Shown here one piece after another: positions 6,948 through 16,284 of a stretch of DNA of 20,869 nucleotides. Where the stretch lies: sequence record NC_005830.1. One strand, written 5' to 3'. Positions within the stretch are counted from its first letter, which is position 1, and every line of letters begins with the position of its first letter. Both the position numbers and the translations under genes were made by a program. A model generated the notes under the pieces. It saw nothing but the letters and a program-made list of their open reading frames with translations, searched no databases and was not told the origin of the DNA.

Positions 6948-7585
6948 AAAACATAATAGCAGAAACTTTTAAGGAACTCTCAAAGCCTGTTGATAAACTA
7001 CAATACCTCACGGTTACACAGATTTCCCAATGCCCAAGACGAAGTTGGTATGAGCTGAAAAAAGGGGGATTAGATTTAGCAAGTGAATATGCAGACATGG
7101 GGATGGTGTTTCATAGTCTGTTAGAGGACGCAGTAAAAAACAGACAAGAACTAGGTAAATGTTACACAGAAGTAGATATAGCAAAACCATTTTACGGTAT
7201 TGAAATAAGGGGAAGAATAGATACACTGTGTATCAGCAGAGATGCATACAGAATAATAGAGTTCAAGACAACAAACATGCAAGATGGGTTCAAAGGGATA
7301 GAGACAGCACATTTGAGGCAGGTTAGTTTATACTGGTACCTGACAGGAAGCCAACCAATGCGGAAGGAAATTTATCTGGTTTATATAGACAGAAAGACTG
7401 GTGAAGTCAAGGTAATCAATATGAGACATGAAAGTATACTGAAAAAGAGAGAACTAGGAAACAGAATAAAGTATCTGGTCAGAAGCTTCAATGAAAACAA
7501 AGTACCAAAGCCAGAACCAGGTAGGAGTTGTATATTCTGTCCATATAAGACGGTGTGTAAAGCATGGAAACGGTCACGGTATTGA
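6914..7585 (+). CDS. cas4: Solo Cas4-like PD-(D/E)xK nuclease with a four-Cys Fe-S cluster
   Basis: ISQCPRR, G-x-x-FH, GRID, IIEFKT, QVSLY and C-terminal [10 protein letters not shown]. Confidence 0.9.
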
Positions 7586-7761
7586 GAAAAAAGGGAAAAA
7601 CATATCTGATAGTCAGTGTGAATGGATTTCTGACAGTAACAGACTGTAAAAGTCTGAACAAATTGCAAAAAGAATTGCTAAGACAAGCATACAGAAAAAC
7701 AAAGAATGAGGAAGAGAAAGCGTTAATTAATGTCTGTTTACAGAGTCGTTTAAATCGTTAA
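7564..7761 (+). CDS. Hypothetical basic protein, 65 aa
   Basis: Overlaps the 3' end of the Cas4-like gene; plausible composition. Confidence 0.7.
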
Positions 7762-8017
7762 GTCTTTTTTCTATCTCTTTCAAGTCATAGTCAAGCTGTT
7801 CATACAGTTTTCTCTCTTTTATCGGTGCTGTGGCAAAAATTAATCTCAGAATTTCTACTTCTTCTCTCTGTATCTCGGTTATCGGCTTAAGATAACTGTC
7901 TATCTTATTGTCTATAAATCTCACCATCATCCTGTATATCTTATACATACTTGTGATTACAGTTACTACTGTAGCTATCATGAAATATATGTTACTTATC
8001 TCCACCAACAATGACAC
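7727..8017 (-). CDS. Protein of about 94-96 aa with one N-terminal TM helix and a coiled-coil C-terminus
   Basis: Hydrophobic [16 protein letters not shown], then a heptad-like [15 protein letters not shown]. Confidence 0.75.
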
Positions 8018-8324
8018 TCACCTTATTTGGTAAGTTAGTCAATTCATCTATTGTGTATCCCTTTGACAGAAGATAGTTTACTATGTAAATCAATGCTTTT
8101 ATTGTTGTGTTAAGCCCTATATCATTGTCTCTCTGTATATTGTTCTTTATGTTTAACAGCATATTATATGTCTGTTTATCTAGTCTTATAGACAGCCTGT
8201 ATTCTTTTCTGTCTGGAAACGGTTCTACAAGTTTATCTAGCTCTGGATGAAACAGATGAACATGTATCTTGAATTCTTCAAATGTGTGAAACTTCAGTTT
8301 ACAGGCAGTACATACATATGTCAT
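7992..8324 (-). CDS. ORF110, C2H2 zinc finger fused to an RHH-like domain
   Basis: C5-x2-C8-x12-H21-x4-H26, followed by [14 protein letters not shown]...LNTTIKALI. Confidence 0.8.
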
Positions 8325-8908
8325 GTTTGCTCAACCTCGTAGTTATCTGTTATAAACTTGGGTAACAGGCTGAAATACTGTTCAAATAATTTCGGATAGT
8401 CTGTTATAATATATTTTCTTATCCTTGACAACATGGTGATGTCTCGATTATATATGGCAAAAAGTCTATATAACTTATTCTGATAGACCGCAGAGTAAAC
8501 AGTACTAAGTTTAATTATTTTTGTGTAACCTAGATACAGTATATTAGTACTTCTGACAAAAGAGATGTTGAAAATATGTATTTTATCAAGTATTTCAAGC
8601 GGGCTGATAACAGTAGCTAATTCTTCTAATGCTCTTACAGCTACATCATATCCTCTGATTGTATAAGTATCTGTTTTTCTGTTTATGTAATAGAACTGTT
8701 TGTCTAGTGGCAGTCTTTCTTTCATTGTCTGGTATATATCTAGACCATATGTCTCATCAAATGTAACAGCTACAATGCTGTGGTTCTGTTTACTTATAGT
8801 CTCAGCATACGGTATATGATATTCAAGACAGAAAGACAGAAAAGCAGAAAATAATTTTTCCAGACTGTCTTCTAGTCTATGCTCTAGAATCCTCTGTCTG
8901 AAAGACAT
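8321..8908 (-). CDS. Hypothetical protein, 195 aa
   Basis: Long ORF coupled to ORF110 by a 4-nt overlap. Confidence 0.88.
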   Translation of the reverse strand: MSFRQRILEHRLEDSLEKLFSAFLSFCLEYHIPYAETISKQNHSIVAVTFDETYGLDIYQTMKERLPLDKQFYYINRKTDTYTIRGYDVAVRALEELATVISPLEILDKIHIFNISFVRSTNILYLGYTKIIKLSTVYSAVYQNKLYRLFAIYNRDITMLSRIRKYIITDYPKLFEQYFSLLPKFITDNYEVEQT

Positions 8909-8940
8909 AAGTAGATATAAGAAAAAAGACTATATTACTT

Positions 8941-9153
8941 TTACACTCTGAGACCTACTCCAGCTAATAGACCTTTTAAGAACGTTCCTATTACTGGCAT
9001 ACTGAATATTAATCTGATTACTATGTATGCACCGATAAGGTCTCCGATTACAGAGCTGAATGAGTCTACTCCCTCGAGTATTCCAGTTGCTACGTCATAT
9101 GCTACTTGTAGTGCCTCATTTGCTAAGTTAGTTGCACTGCTTGTGGATGACAT
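8941..9153 (-). CDS. 70-aa hydrophobic membrane or structural protein; probable paralog of the 52-aa ORF at 17242-17400
   Basis: MSST start, amphipathic acidic N-terminus, ILEG motif, TM segment, TATA-like run at 9183-9191. Confidence 0.7.
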   Translation of the reverse strand: MSSTSSATNLANEALQVAYDVATGILEGVDSFSSVIGDLIGAYIVIRLIFSMPVIGTFLKGLLAGVGLRV

Positions 9154-9214
9154 GGCTGGTCTAAGTATAGTGTTGTCAGAAATATATATATACTTTAAGC
9201 TTCTATTTTTGATT

Positions 9215-9688
9215 GTGATAACAGAATCAATTCAAAACAAACTAGAAGACATTGTGAAAGAGTATAAGAAGAGAGGGATAGACTTAGGGATAATAACAAA
9301 TGTTGATGAGGTAAGCTTGTTTTTCGATACATCACAGTACGCAGAGGCAATAAAGAAGAAAGTAATAGAGATAGTAAGACAGTCAGGAACAGGAAGGGCA
9401 AAGATTGATTTTAAGACAAACGGGTATGTGATAAAATTTGCAATACAGAGAGGGTACTATAACAGGAACACAATAGAGAAGCTCAAAAGTCTAGTAGATT
9501 ACTTGCATGAACAGAAAATCAGATGCGGTTATGAGATTAAAGGTGACTTGATATTTGTCATGTCACTTACTGACTTCTTACAGAAAATCAGCGAGGATGT
9601 AAAAGAGAAACTGAAAGATGAAAGAGTTAAGATAGCATCAAAACAGGAATACACTAAGTACATAGTGGTGATAAAAGTTGAGCAGTAA
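9215..9688 (+). CDS. Hypothetical protein, about 157 aa (longest ORF 9023-9688, 221 aa)
   Basis: In-frame GTG at 9215 lies after a TATA-like region. The first 44 codons of the long ORF overlap the antisense 70-aa gene. Confidence 0.7.
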
Positions 9689-10091
9689 ACAGACACAAAA
9701 ACTTGTTGTGTCAGACCCAGAACTAAATAAGTATGTTGAGTGTATCGAGCTACTGGACGAATGGAAACAGATAATAGACAGAGCAAGAAGGACTATATTT
9801 TCACTTGACCCTGACTTTAGAAGAGAAGTATATGCAAACGTCAGTATGTTAATCGGAAATGATAATGACCCTGTGAAGCAAGTCCTTTACAAATACGTTC
9901 AGGATAAACTAGAAAGCAGAATGGGGTCTAAGGCAGAGAAAAGCAGTTTCAACTACATACCTGTTCCTGATAAAATAGTAAACTGTATGGACTTACTTAA
10001 GTCTGCAATCATGTTTGAAAAGGTAGCACAGAAATACGGAGACGTAGATGAACTAGAAAAAGAAGAAAAAAGTTCTAATAATTCGACGTAA
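9678..10091 (+). CDS. Hypothetical helical protein, 137 aa
   Basis: TTG start overlapping the upstream gene. Confidence 0.82.
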
Positions 10092-10473
10092 TAAAGTCTG
10101 CTATTTTTTGTGCTGTTTCTTGGCTTATTCCTGTTCTACTGGAAAATGCTGAAATCGCATTATTGATATACTCTGCAATCATATCACTAGAAGCACTACC
10201 AGCTTTCATTTTCAGATAACTCTTTAATAGTTTCTCACCGAAAGCTATGTACATTCCCCATTTTATATTGGGAATGCCATCAGTCTTGCAGATTTCTTTT
10301 ATCGCTAATCTGAGCTTATGGTACGGTGTAAATCCAGCTTCCCACTGTGCAGTCTGATTTGCTGTTACTGTTTCTGCCATCTCTGGCGGTACTATTCCAC
10401 CTATTGACCTATAGATATACTGTTTATATTGATACCTATCTTTTGAGTCTTGTCTGTATTTTTTATTCACCAT
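10075..10473 (-). CDS. Major capsid protein 1 (ORF132, SIRV2 fold)
   Basis: Basic N-terminus [14 protein letters not shown]; paralogous to ORF140. Confidence 0.95.
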
Positions 10474-10895
10474 TAGCTACCACCCCCCATTATAATAGGG
10501 ATTACTGCGTTATAAATTGCATCTAATACTGTCACATCTAGACCGTATACGTCGCTGTACTTTGACTCTAGGTCAGTCTTTGAGGCTTCATTTGCGGTAT
10601 TAGGGTCTGGTGAACTGTTCTTATTCTTCCAGACTTGATGTGCTAATTCTTCAGCAAATGCTATGTAACCGATATAGTCTTCTGTGGCAACTTTATTGGT
10701 CTTTAATATGTCTAGAGTCTCGTTTCTGACTTTTGACATCATGTCATTATACTGTTTCCAGTCTGCAGTAATTGATTCGGTTACAGATATTGCCATGTCT
10801 TCTGGTATCAATCCTCCTAGATTTCTCCATAAATACAGCTTGGTCTTATATCTGTCTGTAGAGTCTTGCCTTAGCTTCCTGTTTAGCTTAGCCAT
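10473..10895 (-). CDS. Major capsid protein 2 (ORF140, SIRV2 fold, amphipathic C-terminal helix)
   Basis: RKLRQDSTDRYKTK...LGGLIPEDMA aligns with [11 protein letters not shown]...[10 protein letters not shown] in ORF132; TAATG coupling. Confidence 0.95.
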   Translation of the reverse strand: MAKLNRKLRQDSTDRYKTKLYLWRNLGGLIPEDMAISVTESITADWKQYNDMMSKVRNETLDILKTNKVATEDYIGYIAFAEELAHQVWKNKNSSPDPNTANEASKTDLESKYSDVYGLDVTVLDAIYNAVIPIIMGGGS

Positions 10896-11053
10896 GGTGT
10901 CTCTAAGGTAAGTTAGCAGACTGGATATTTTATTTGTTTCGGAATACAGTGTTCACACATTCTGGTCAGTGTCCATATTTTCAGACTTATAGACTTTCAT
11001 AATATCTAAAAAACAGACATAATCTATATTAGACCGAATGTCTCAGATTTAAT

Positions 11054-11995
11054 TTGACCAGCATGTTGGAGATATATTCTGGTTGTAGGGCATGCAGTTA
11101 TGACTATTTATCAGTACTATATGAACAGTACTTCAGAAAGAATGGAATAGAGGCAAAATATGTAGGGACTTTAGTCAGACCAACAGATTCTCAGAAATTC
11201 TTGATAGATGATATTCTTCACGGTTCGCATGAACTAATGAGACAAAGAAAGAAAGTAGACTTTTTCAGAGGTGACAGTGTGCTTTACCCGTGGTATGACT
11301 TTCATATAGACAGTATACTCATAGTTCCGAGTAACTGGAATGCTGAACAGTATAGCAAATATTTTAGAAAAACATATGTTCTGCCTCACTTTGTTAATGA
11401 TGACGCAGTAGAAATGATAGTAAGAAATGAAGAGAGACTGAAAGAAGATAAACTCAGAAATATACAGTATAGTTTTCTAACAATCGGGCATAACAATGAT
11501 TTTGACAGAAAGGGTATAGTTCTGGCAAAAAGACTTATGGACAGACTGGGTATATCTAATAAACTAGTCTGTTATAGTAATGAGCCATTCTGTCATAAGG
11601 AACATAGGCTGACAGAAGTAGGTAAATATAGAGAATATTACAGAGCTAAGTTTTATGTTAGTCTGTCTTATTCAGAAAGTTTCGGTATGACTCCATTTGA
11701 GGCAATGGCAGTAGGTACACCAGTAATCTACCCTAACTGCCATGCTTATGCTGAGTATTTCAAAGGTGAAGTTGGTCTGCCGATAAACTGCCAAGGACAC
11801 AGCATAATGAGAATCGGAGACAAAGACTATAACGTCTGGTACTTTGATATTGATGAAGCAAAAGAGATTATACAGTATGCAGACTCGATGTCAGATGAAG
11901 AGTATATAGATATGTCAATAAAGACGTTTGAGTTCGCAAAACAGTTTTATGCAAGGAACATCATACCGAAGCTGATAGAGATAATGAAAAGTTAG
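11054..11995 (+). CDS. GT-B (GT4-like) glycosyltransferase, 313 aa
   Basis: E-x7-E motif ESFGMTPFEAMAVGTPVI. Confidence 0.9.
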   Translation: MTSMLEIYSGCRACSYDYLSVLYEQYFRKNGIEAKYVGTLVRPTDSQKFLIDDILHGSHELMRQRKKVDFFRGDSVLYPWYDFHIDSILIVPSNWNAEQYSKYFRKTYVLPHFVNDDAVEMIVRNEERLKEDKLRNIQYSFLTIGHNNDFDRKGIVLAKRLMDRLGISNKLVCYSNEPFCHKEHRLTEVGKYREYYRAKFYVSLSYSESFGMTPFEAMAVGTPVIYPNCHAYAEYFKGEVGLPINCQGHSIMRIGDKDYNVWYFDIDEAKEIIQYADSMSDEEYIDMSIKTFEFAKQFYARNIIPKLIEIMKS

Positions 11996-12432
11996 CTGTT
12001 TATGAATTCAAGAATCAGGTCTATCTTGTTTTCCATGCAATAGTTGTACAGAAGCATGAACGCTTCATTAAATGTGTAACTGGTACCCTTATCAACTGCA
12101 ACCATAGGCGGTCTCTTCATTTTAACTATAAGTCTGTTTTCTTCTACAGCTACTTCTGTTTCGGTAAGCACATTCAGATACTGTTTTACTGCTTCGATAC
12201 CAGTGGCTATGAGCTTCCAGTTTCCGTTTTCTAGTGGTCTCAATTTTGCTTTCTTCCCTCTGACTGTCTCAACTTTATACCATGCACCGTTCAGAAAAAC
12301 CTCTTGTCCTGTACGTACCGAATCTCCTACAGGCAGTTCTACAGTCTTGTACTTTACTTCTGCGAATTCAGTTTTAGTAAGCATTAATCTTTGCGTTCTC
12401 TCATTTCTGTATAGTCTGAACTCCTCTAGCAA
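11992..12432 (-). CDS. Hypothetical protein, 146 aa
   Basis: Convergent with the glycosyltransferase; contains a small beta-barrel-like segment GQEVFLNGAWYKVETV. Confidence 0.82.
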   Translation of the reverse strand: MLEEFRLYRNERTQRLMLTKTEFAEVKYKTVELPVGDSVRTGQEVFLNGAWYKVETVRGKKAKLRPLENGNWKLIATGIEAVKQYLNVLTETEVAVEENRLIVKMKRPPMVAVDKGTSYTFNEAFMLLYNYCMENKIDLILEFINS

Positions 12433-12709
12433 CTAGTGTCACCTCTTTCTCATTGTACATAACAAGGAACTTGTCTTTAGCTTTTCTGGTAACTATCTCG
12501 ATGAAAGATGATAATGGTAATTTACAATGATAGCAGTCAGAACACATTGCCCCTAATTGTTTCCAGTCAGCCAACTTTACTCTTTCAGAAGACAGAAATA
12601 TCATAGACCCTTTTTTCTCAGCGTGGACTCCTAGTTTTTCAATAACTAGGAACATAGAATCCAGAAATTCAGACATTGGGATGACTATCTTATTTTTGTC
12701 TACAATCAT
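12401..12709 (-). CDS. ORF102, protein of unknown function (CSDCYHC cluster)
   Basis: Matches my recollection of the structurally characterised AFV1-102. Confidence 0.85.
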   Translation of the reverse strand: MIVDKNKIVIPMSEFLDSMFLVIEKLGVHAEKKGSMIFLSSERVKLADWKQLGAMCSDCYHCKLPLSSFIEIVTRKAKDKFLVMYNEKEVTLVARGVQTIQK

Positions 12710-12740
12710 ACTTATATCCCAGTAAAACAGAATTAAAAAT
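12710..12740. promoter_or_regulatory. 31-bp overlapping divergent promoter (ORF102 / ORF807)
   Basis: TTATAT at 12712-12717 and TTTTAA on the minus strand at 12738-12733, each about 24 nt from the opposite start codon. Confidence 0.6.
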
Positions 12741-15164
12741 ATGTCAGCCCAACAGCAGTGTGACCTAACGTCATATGATGCAATGTATTACTTACAAACA
12801 GGAGATTTACAGTTAGCAGTAAACTTATTTATTTCACCGAATTCATCGTTTAGCTATTCTGGAAACAGTGGTCAGAGTATCCTACAGAGCCTAGGAACAA
12901 TAATAATATGGGTATACAAAGTAAACGGACAGATACACATTTACACTATAGGATGGCAACCGATATACTATTCATTACAGAATGGATGCAGAGCTAATAT
13001 CTATTTCAGACTGTGGGCATTAATCCAGATTCAAGGTGCATGGTTAGCGTCTGAAATAATGAACATGCCAGTAACACTGAAAAATACAGGAGGTCAGTTT
13101 GTAGGTACATTTATACCTCTTCATTTGCTGGGGTTTGCAATAGCTGACTTTCCTTCACTTTCAAGTGGTTCTCAAGGTTACACCCACATGTTAATGTCGC
13201 AGACTGATGGGTCAATAAAGTTACTTCCATCAGCACCTGGCGTATTGCCTTACTTCATAACGGTGGGCTTTCAGTGTAGGGCAGGAGCTTATGTATTGAA
13301 ACAACCATGTCCTAATTGTATTTTTGTCAGACTCTGTGTGCCTACGAGTAATGGTATACCATATGAAGTGCTTATGCTTATATGTTTATTAATATATGCT
13401 GGTTGTTATGCAAGTTACTCTGACATACTCGGAAAGAATGGGCTTTCAACAGTAGGTGCAGGGGTTAATGCCAAGGTTCCAGTTACTGCAATAGTCTACT
13501 TTGATACTCAGCAATATATCCAGCAAAATGTAGTTAGCCAGCTAAACGTTACAATACAGTTATATGCATTAATTTGGGTAGGGATATCAACCACGAATTT
13601 TGTAATACTACCAGAAATAAGCCAAATTCTAAAGATGCCATCTGGGCTAATACTAAATATTCCAGTTCCCTTTCAAGCATATCCGACTCCAACAGTAGCA
13701 ATACCCAGAATACTGACTCTCATAACATGCTGTGGCACACCATACATTTACAACCAATATTTCCCCTGCTCATTTGACAAAGCTTCTACAGTAACAACAG
13801 AGTGCGGGGTTCCTCTAGTGGCATATCCTACAATATCGCAGATGCAACCGATAGCTGGGTCTAATGTAGCATTCCTACTGTCAAACCAGAGTGCAGACTT
13901 TGCTGACTTATTGTCTCTAAATTACGGTCTGCTTAACTTAACGACACAGCAGAAGGTAAGCCTAGCTAACCAGTATTCTTACACCATGACTCAGTGTAAA
14001 AAGGAAGTAATAAGGGGTACATATTACGAGGAATGTGTAAAGAATGTCAGCAGTAATCTTAATCAATATAGTTCACAACCAGCATCGCCACAGCCAAATA
14101 TACCAGTAGATGAAATATTAATTGGAGTAGGGGCAGTTGCACTGATTGTAATAGGAACAGTAGCATTAGTCTTGACTGGTGGTGCCTCTGCACCAGTTAG
14201 TGCTGGTCTTGATGTAGCAGGTGCAGAAGCTCTCGGGTCACTGCTTTTAGACAATGGTGCTTTGTCTTTGTCATCATTGCAAGAAGAAGGTCTAGCTAAT
14301 ACACTTATGCAAACAAGTGTTAGCGATAGTTTTGAAAGTGAGGATGAAGAGATAGTCCAAAATGAGCCTAACTCTGCGAAGCTTGTTGTATTTACCAACA
14401 CCAATCAGCCCTTTACGCTAACAGTAACAGGGACTGACATAACAGGAACTGTAACAATACAAAGCGGTATTGCGGACTTTGACTTAACAATAACATTGCC
14501 ATCAGGAGTTAGTGTACCTATTTCGGTGCCAGCAGGGGTAATAGATGACTTCACAGATGACCAGGGGTACACTATATATGAGCAAGAAGACCAACCAGTT
14601 AGACTGAAATACTCTGATGGTCAAGTAATATATAATACAATTAGTCAGCTAGGCAAGAAACTAGACGGGTTCTTTTCTCTACTGAAAAAACTGTTGAAAT
14701 ACATAGCCGTGGCACTCCTGTCTGCAATCGCCTCAATTCTAGTGAACATGTTCTTGTTTATGCCACTTGTTGCCAGCATAATGACATCAATAATACAGTC
14801 TGGACAAGGAGTAAGTAGTGGTGGTACGGTGACTGTTACAGGGCAATCAACCAGCACGACATTAAGTACTGCATTAAGTGATATAGCTTCCACATTCGGT
14901 CAGATACCGCAAATACTGGAAGAAATACCAGTGGCATTAGCGTCGGCATACCTAATAACTGACCTATTGACAGACTTCTTCGGTGATTTATGGAGAGGAT
15001 TCAGTAAGAACTTGCTACCAAATAAGGCAGTGAATGTAAATATACCGCAACCATTAGAGGTAGACCTGAAATCAAGACTGAAAGCATACTCAGAGGCTGT
15101 AATATCCAAAAATGATAAAGGAGAGTGGGTCATTAACAAGAAACTGAGAGGGAGATTCAGCTAA
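12741..15164 (+). CDS. ORF807, large Cys-containing membrane or structural protein
   Basis: Two long hydrophobic segments (ILIGVGAVALIVIGTVALVL and YIAVALLSAIASILVNMFLFMPLV); beta-rich composition. Confidence 0.9.
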   Translation: MSAQQQCDLTSYDAMYYLQTGDLQLAVNLFISPNSSFSYSGNSGQSILQSLGTIIIWVYKVNGQIHIYTIGWQPIYYSLQNGCRANIYFRLWALIQIQGAWLASEIMNMPVTLKNTGGQFVGTFIPLHLLGFAIADFPSLSSGSQGYTHMLMSQTDGSIKLLPSAPGVLPYFITVGFQCRAGAYVLKQPCPNCIFVRLCVPTSNGIPYEVLMLICLLIYAGCYASYSDILGKNGLSTVGAGVNAKVPVTAIVYFDTQQYIQQNVVSQLNVTIQLYALIWVGISTTNFVILPEISQILKMPSGLILNIPVPFQAYPTPTVAIPRILTLITCCGTPYIYNQYFPCSFDKASTVTTECGVPLVAYPTISQMQPIAGSNVAFLLSNQSADFADLLSLNYGLLNLTTQQKVSLANQYSYTMTQCKKEVIRGTYYEECVKNVSSNLNQYSSQPASPQPNIPVDEILIGVGAVALIVIGTVALVLTGGASAPVSAGLDVAGAEALGSLLLDNGALSLSSLQEEGLANTLMQTSVSDSFESEDEEIVQNEPNSAKLVVFTNTNQPFTLTVTGTDITGTVTIQSGIADFDLTITLPSGVSVPISVPAGVIDDFTDDQGYTIYEQEDQPVRLKYSDGQVIYNTISQLGKKLDGFFSLLKKLLKYIAVALLSAIASILVNMFLFMPLVASIMTSIIQSGQGVSSGGTVTVTGQSTSTTLSTALSDIASTFGQIPQILEEIPVALASAYLITDLLTDFFGDLWRGFSKNLLPNKAVNVNIPQPLEVDLKSRLKAYSEAVISKNDKGEWVINKKLRGRFS

Positions 15165-15331
15165 TGCCACTAGACACATGGAAAAGTTGTTGCCCCCAAG
15201 CTGTAATGTATCAGTCAGGAGACGTTTATGTCATATCTGGATGCGGTGTAGAAGTGAAGTATAAAGACCTAAAGTTAGCAACAAGAGAATTCTGCAAAAA
15301 AGTAGCACTTAAAAGAGTGAGAAAGAAGTGA
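15164..15331 (+). CDS. 55-aa basic protein with four Cys
   Basis: TAATG-coupled to ORF807; MPLDTWKSCCPQAVMYQSGDVYVISGCGVEVKYKDLKLATREFCKKVALKRVRKK. Not in the ORF track. Confidence 0.8.
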   Translation: MPLDTWKSCCPQAVMYQSGDVYVISGCGVEVKYKDLKLATREFCKKVALKRVRKK

Positions 15332-16251
15332 CAAGAAGATACAGAAGTAATCCTGCAGTTATACCAGTACCGTTTCCTGTGCCTCTGCCTATCACAGAAC
15401 AAACCACACCACAAATACCGCCACCATCTCCTACTGCAATACAGTTTACATGTTTCGGTATACCGATTTATCAATCTCCATCTGTCCCTAAATCATATGC
15501 AGTGGTTAATGTGGTGTCACATAACGTTTTTTACGGTTGTAGCGGTGATACATGTTTTGAAGGAGTAGAAGGAGTTGATATAAGGAGTTTCGTATTTCTG
15601 CCAATAAACCTTTTCGCGTATATATTTGCATGCGAAGCACCTTTAGAAACACAAGAGACACAAGGGACACAGACAATCATAGTTATTACAGAAAGCAAAC
15701 CGTTATATAATACTGACAAAGTGACACAAGTAAACCAGATAGTTCAAGGTCAGTTTACAGACAAGTCAGAAGTCTTGTCAATAAATTACGGAGACGTGAA
15801 CGTAACAGACATAAATTATCTATCCTTTATTCAAACAGGGCTACAAATTGCAACAAAATTTACGTTACCGCTATGTGACAGAATATCGATATTTAAGACA
15901 CCATTTGAACTAGCAGTAGCCAAGACGCTTTATCTAGAGATAGTGGGTAAGGAAAGACCAGAATTGACTGCAATACTTGATTTTATGCAGTCTCTAGATG
16001 CAGAAATAAGTGGTATAATAGAAACAGACTACCAGGAAATAGAACCAAATGGCAAGCTAACAGACGTCATAAGTAAGCCAATTCAGAACCAGTTGCCATT
16101 ACAAATTCTACCTGGATTAATACTTGGAGAATCATATCAATTTAACACAAACAACATACTGATGCAAACAGAAATAGAGACAGAGATAGGAGAACAACTA
16201 TATACAGATGGCATAACATTTGAAACAGAACTAACAGTAAAACAATCATAA
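15328..16251 (+). CDS. ORF307, hypothetical protein (Pro-rich N-terminus; probably structural)
   Basis: GTGA-coupled; PAVIPVPFPVPLP...PQIPPPSP. Confidence 0.88.
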   Translation: MTRRYRSNPAVIPVPFPVPLPITEQTTPQIPPPSPTAIQFTCFGIPIYQSPSVPKSYAVVNVVSHNVFYGCSGDTCFEGVEGVDIRSFVFLPINLFAYIFACEAPLETQETQGTQTIIVITESKPLYNTDKVTQVNQIVQGQFTDKSEVLSINYGDVNVTDINYLSFIQTGLQIATKFTLPLCDRISIFKTPFELAVAKTLYLEIVGKERPELTAILDFMQSLDAEISGIIETDYQEIEPNGKLTDVISKPIQNQLPLQILPGLILGESYQFNTNNILMQTEIETEIGEQLYTDGITFETELTVKQS

Positions 16252-16284
16252 CATTTTAATAACCCAGTCAGCATAAATTTAAGT

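Noticed and set aside
6914-7585. cas4 as part of a CRISPR-Cas locus
   Set aside because: There is no cas1, cas2 or array; solo Cas4-like nucleases are common in archaeal viruses.
4546-7668. Minus-strand ORFs inside the replication cluster (e.g. 4546-4818, 4610-4957, 5627-5878, 6554-6919, 6781-7098, 7381-7668)
   Set aside because: F/S/L-rich antisense shadows of purine-rich coding strands, fully overlapping convincing genes.
9023-9214. N-terminal 64 codons of the 221-aa ORF
   Set aside because: Probably the antisense shadow of the 70-aa gene plus the promoter region; composition changes sharply after GTG 9215.
10896-11053. Possible small gene or ncRNA between MCP2 and the glycosyltransferase
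   Set aside because: Only 15-codon frames and no clear structure; better explained as a divergent promoter region.
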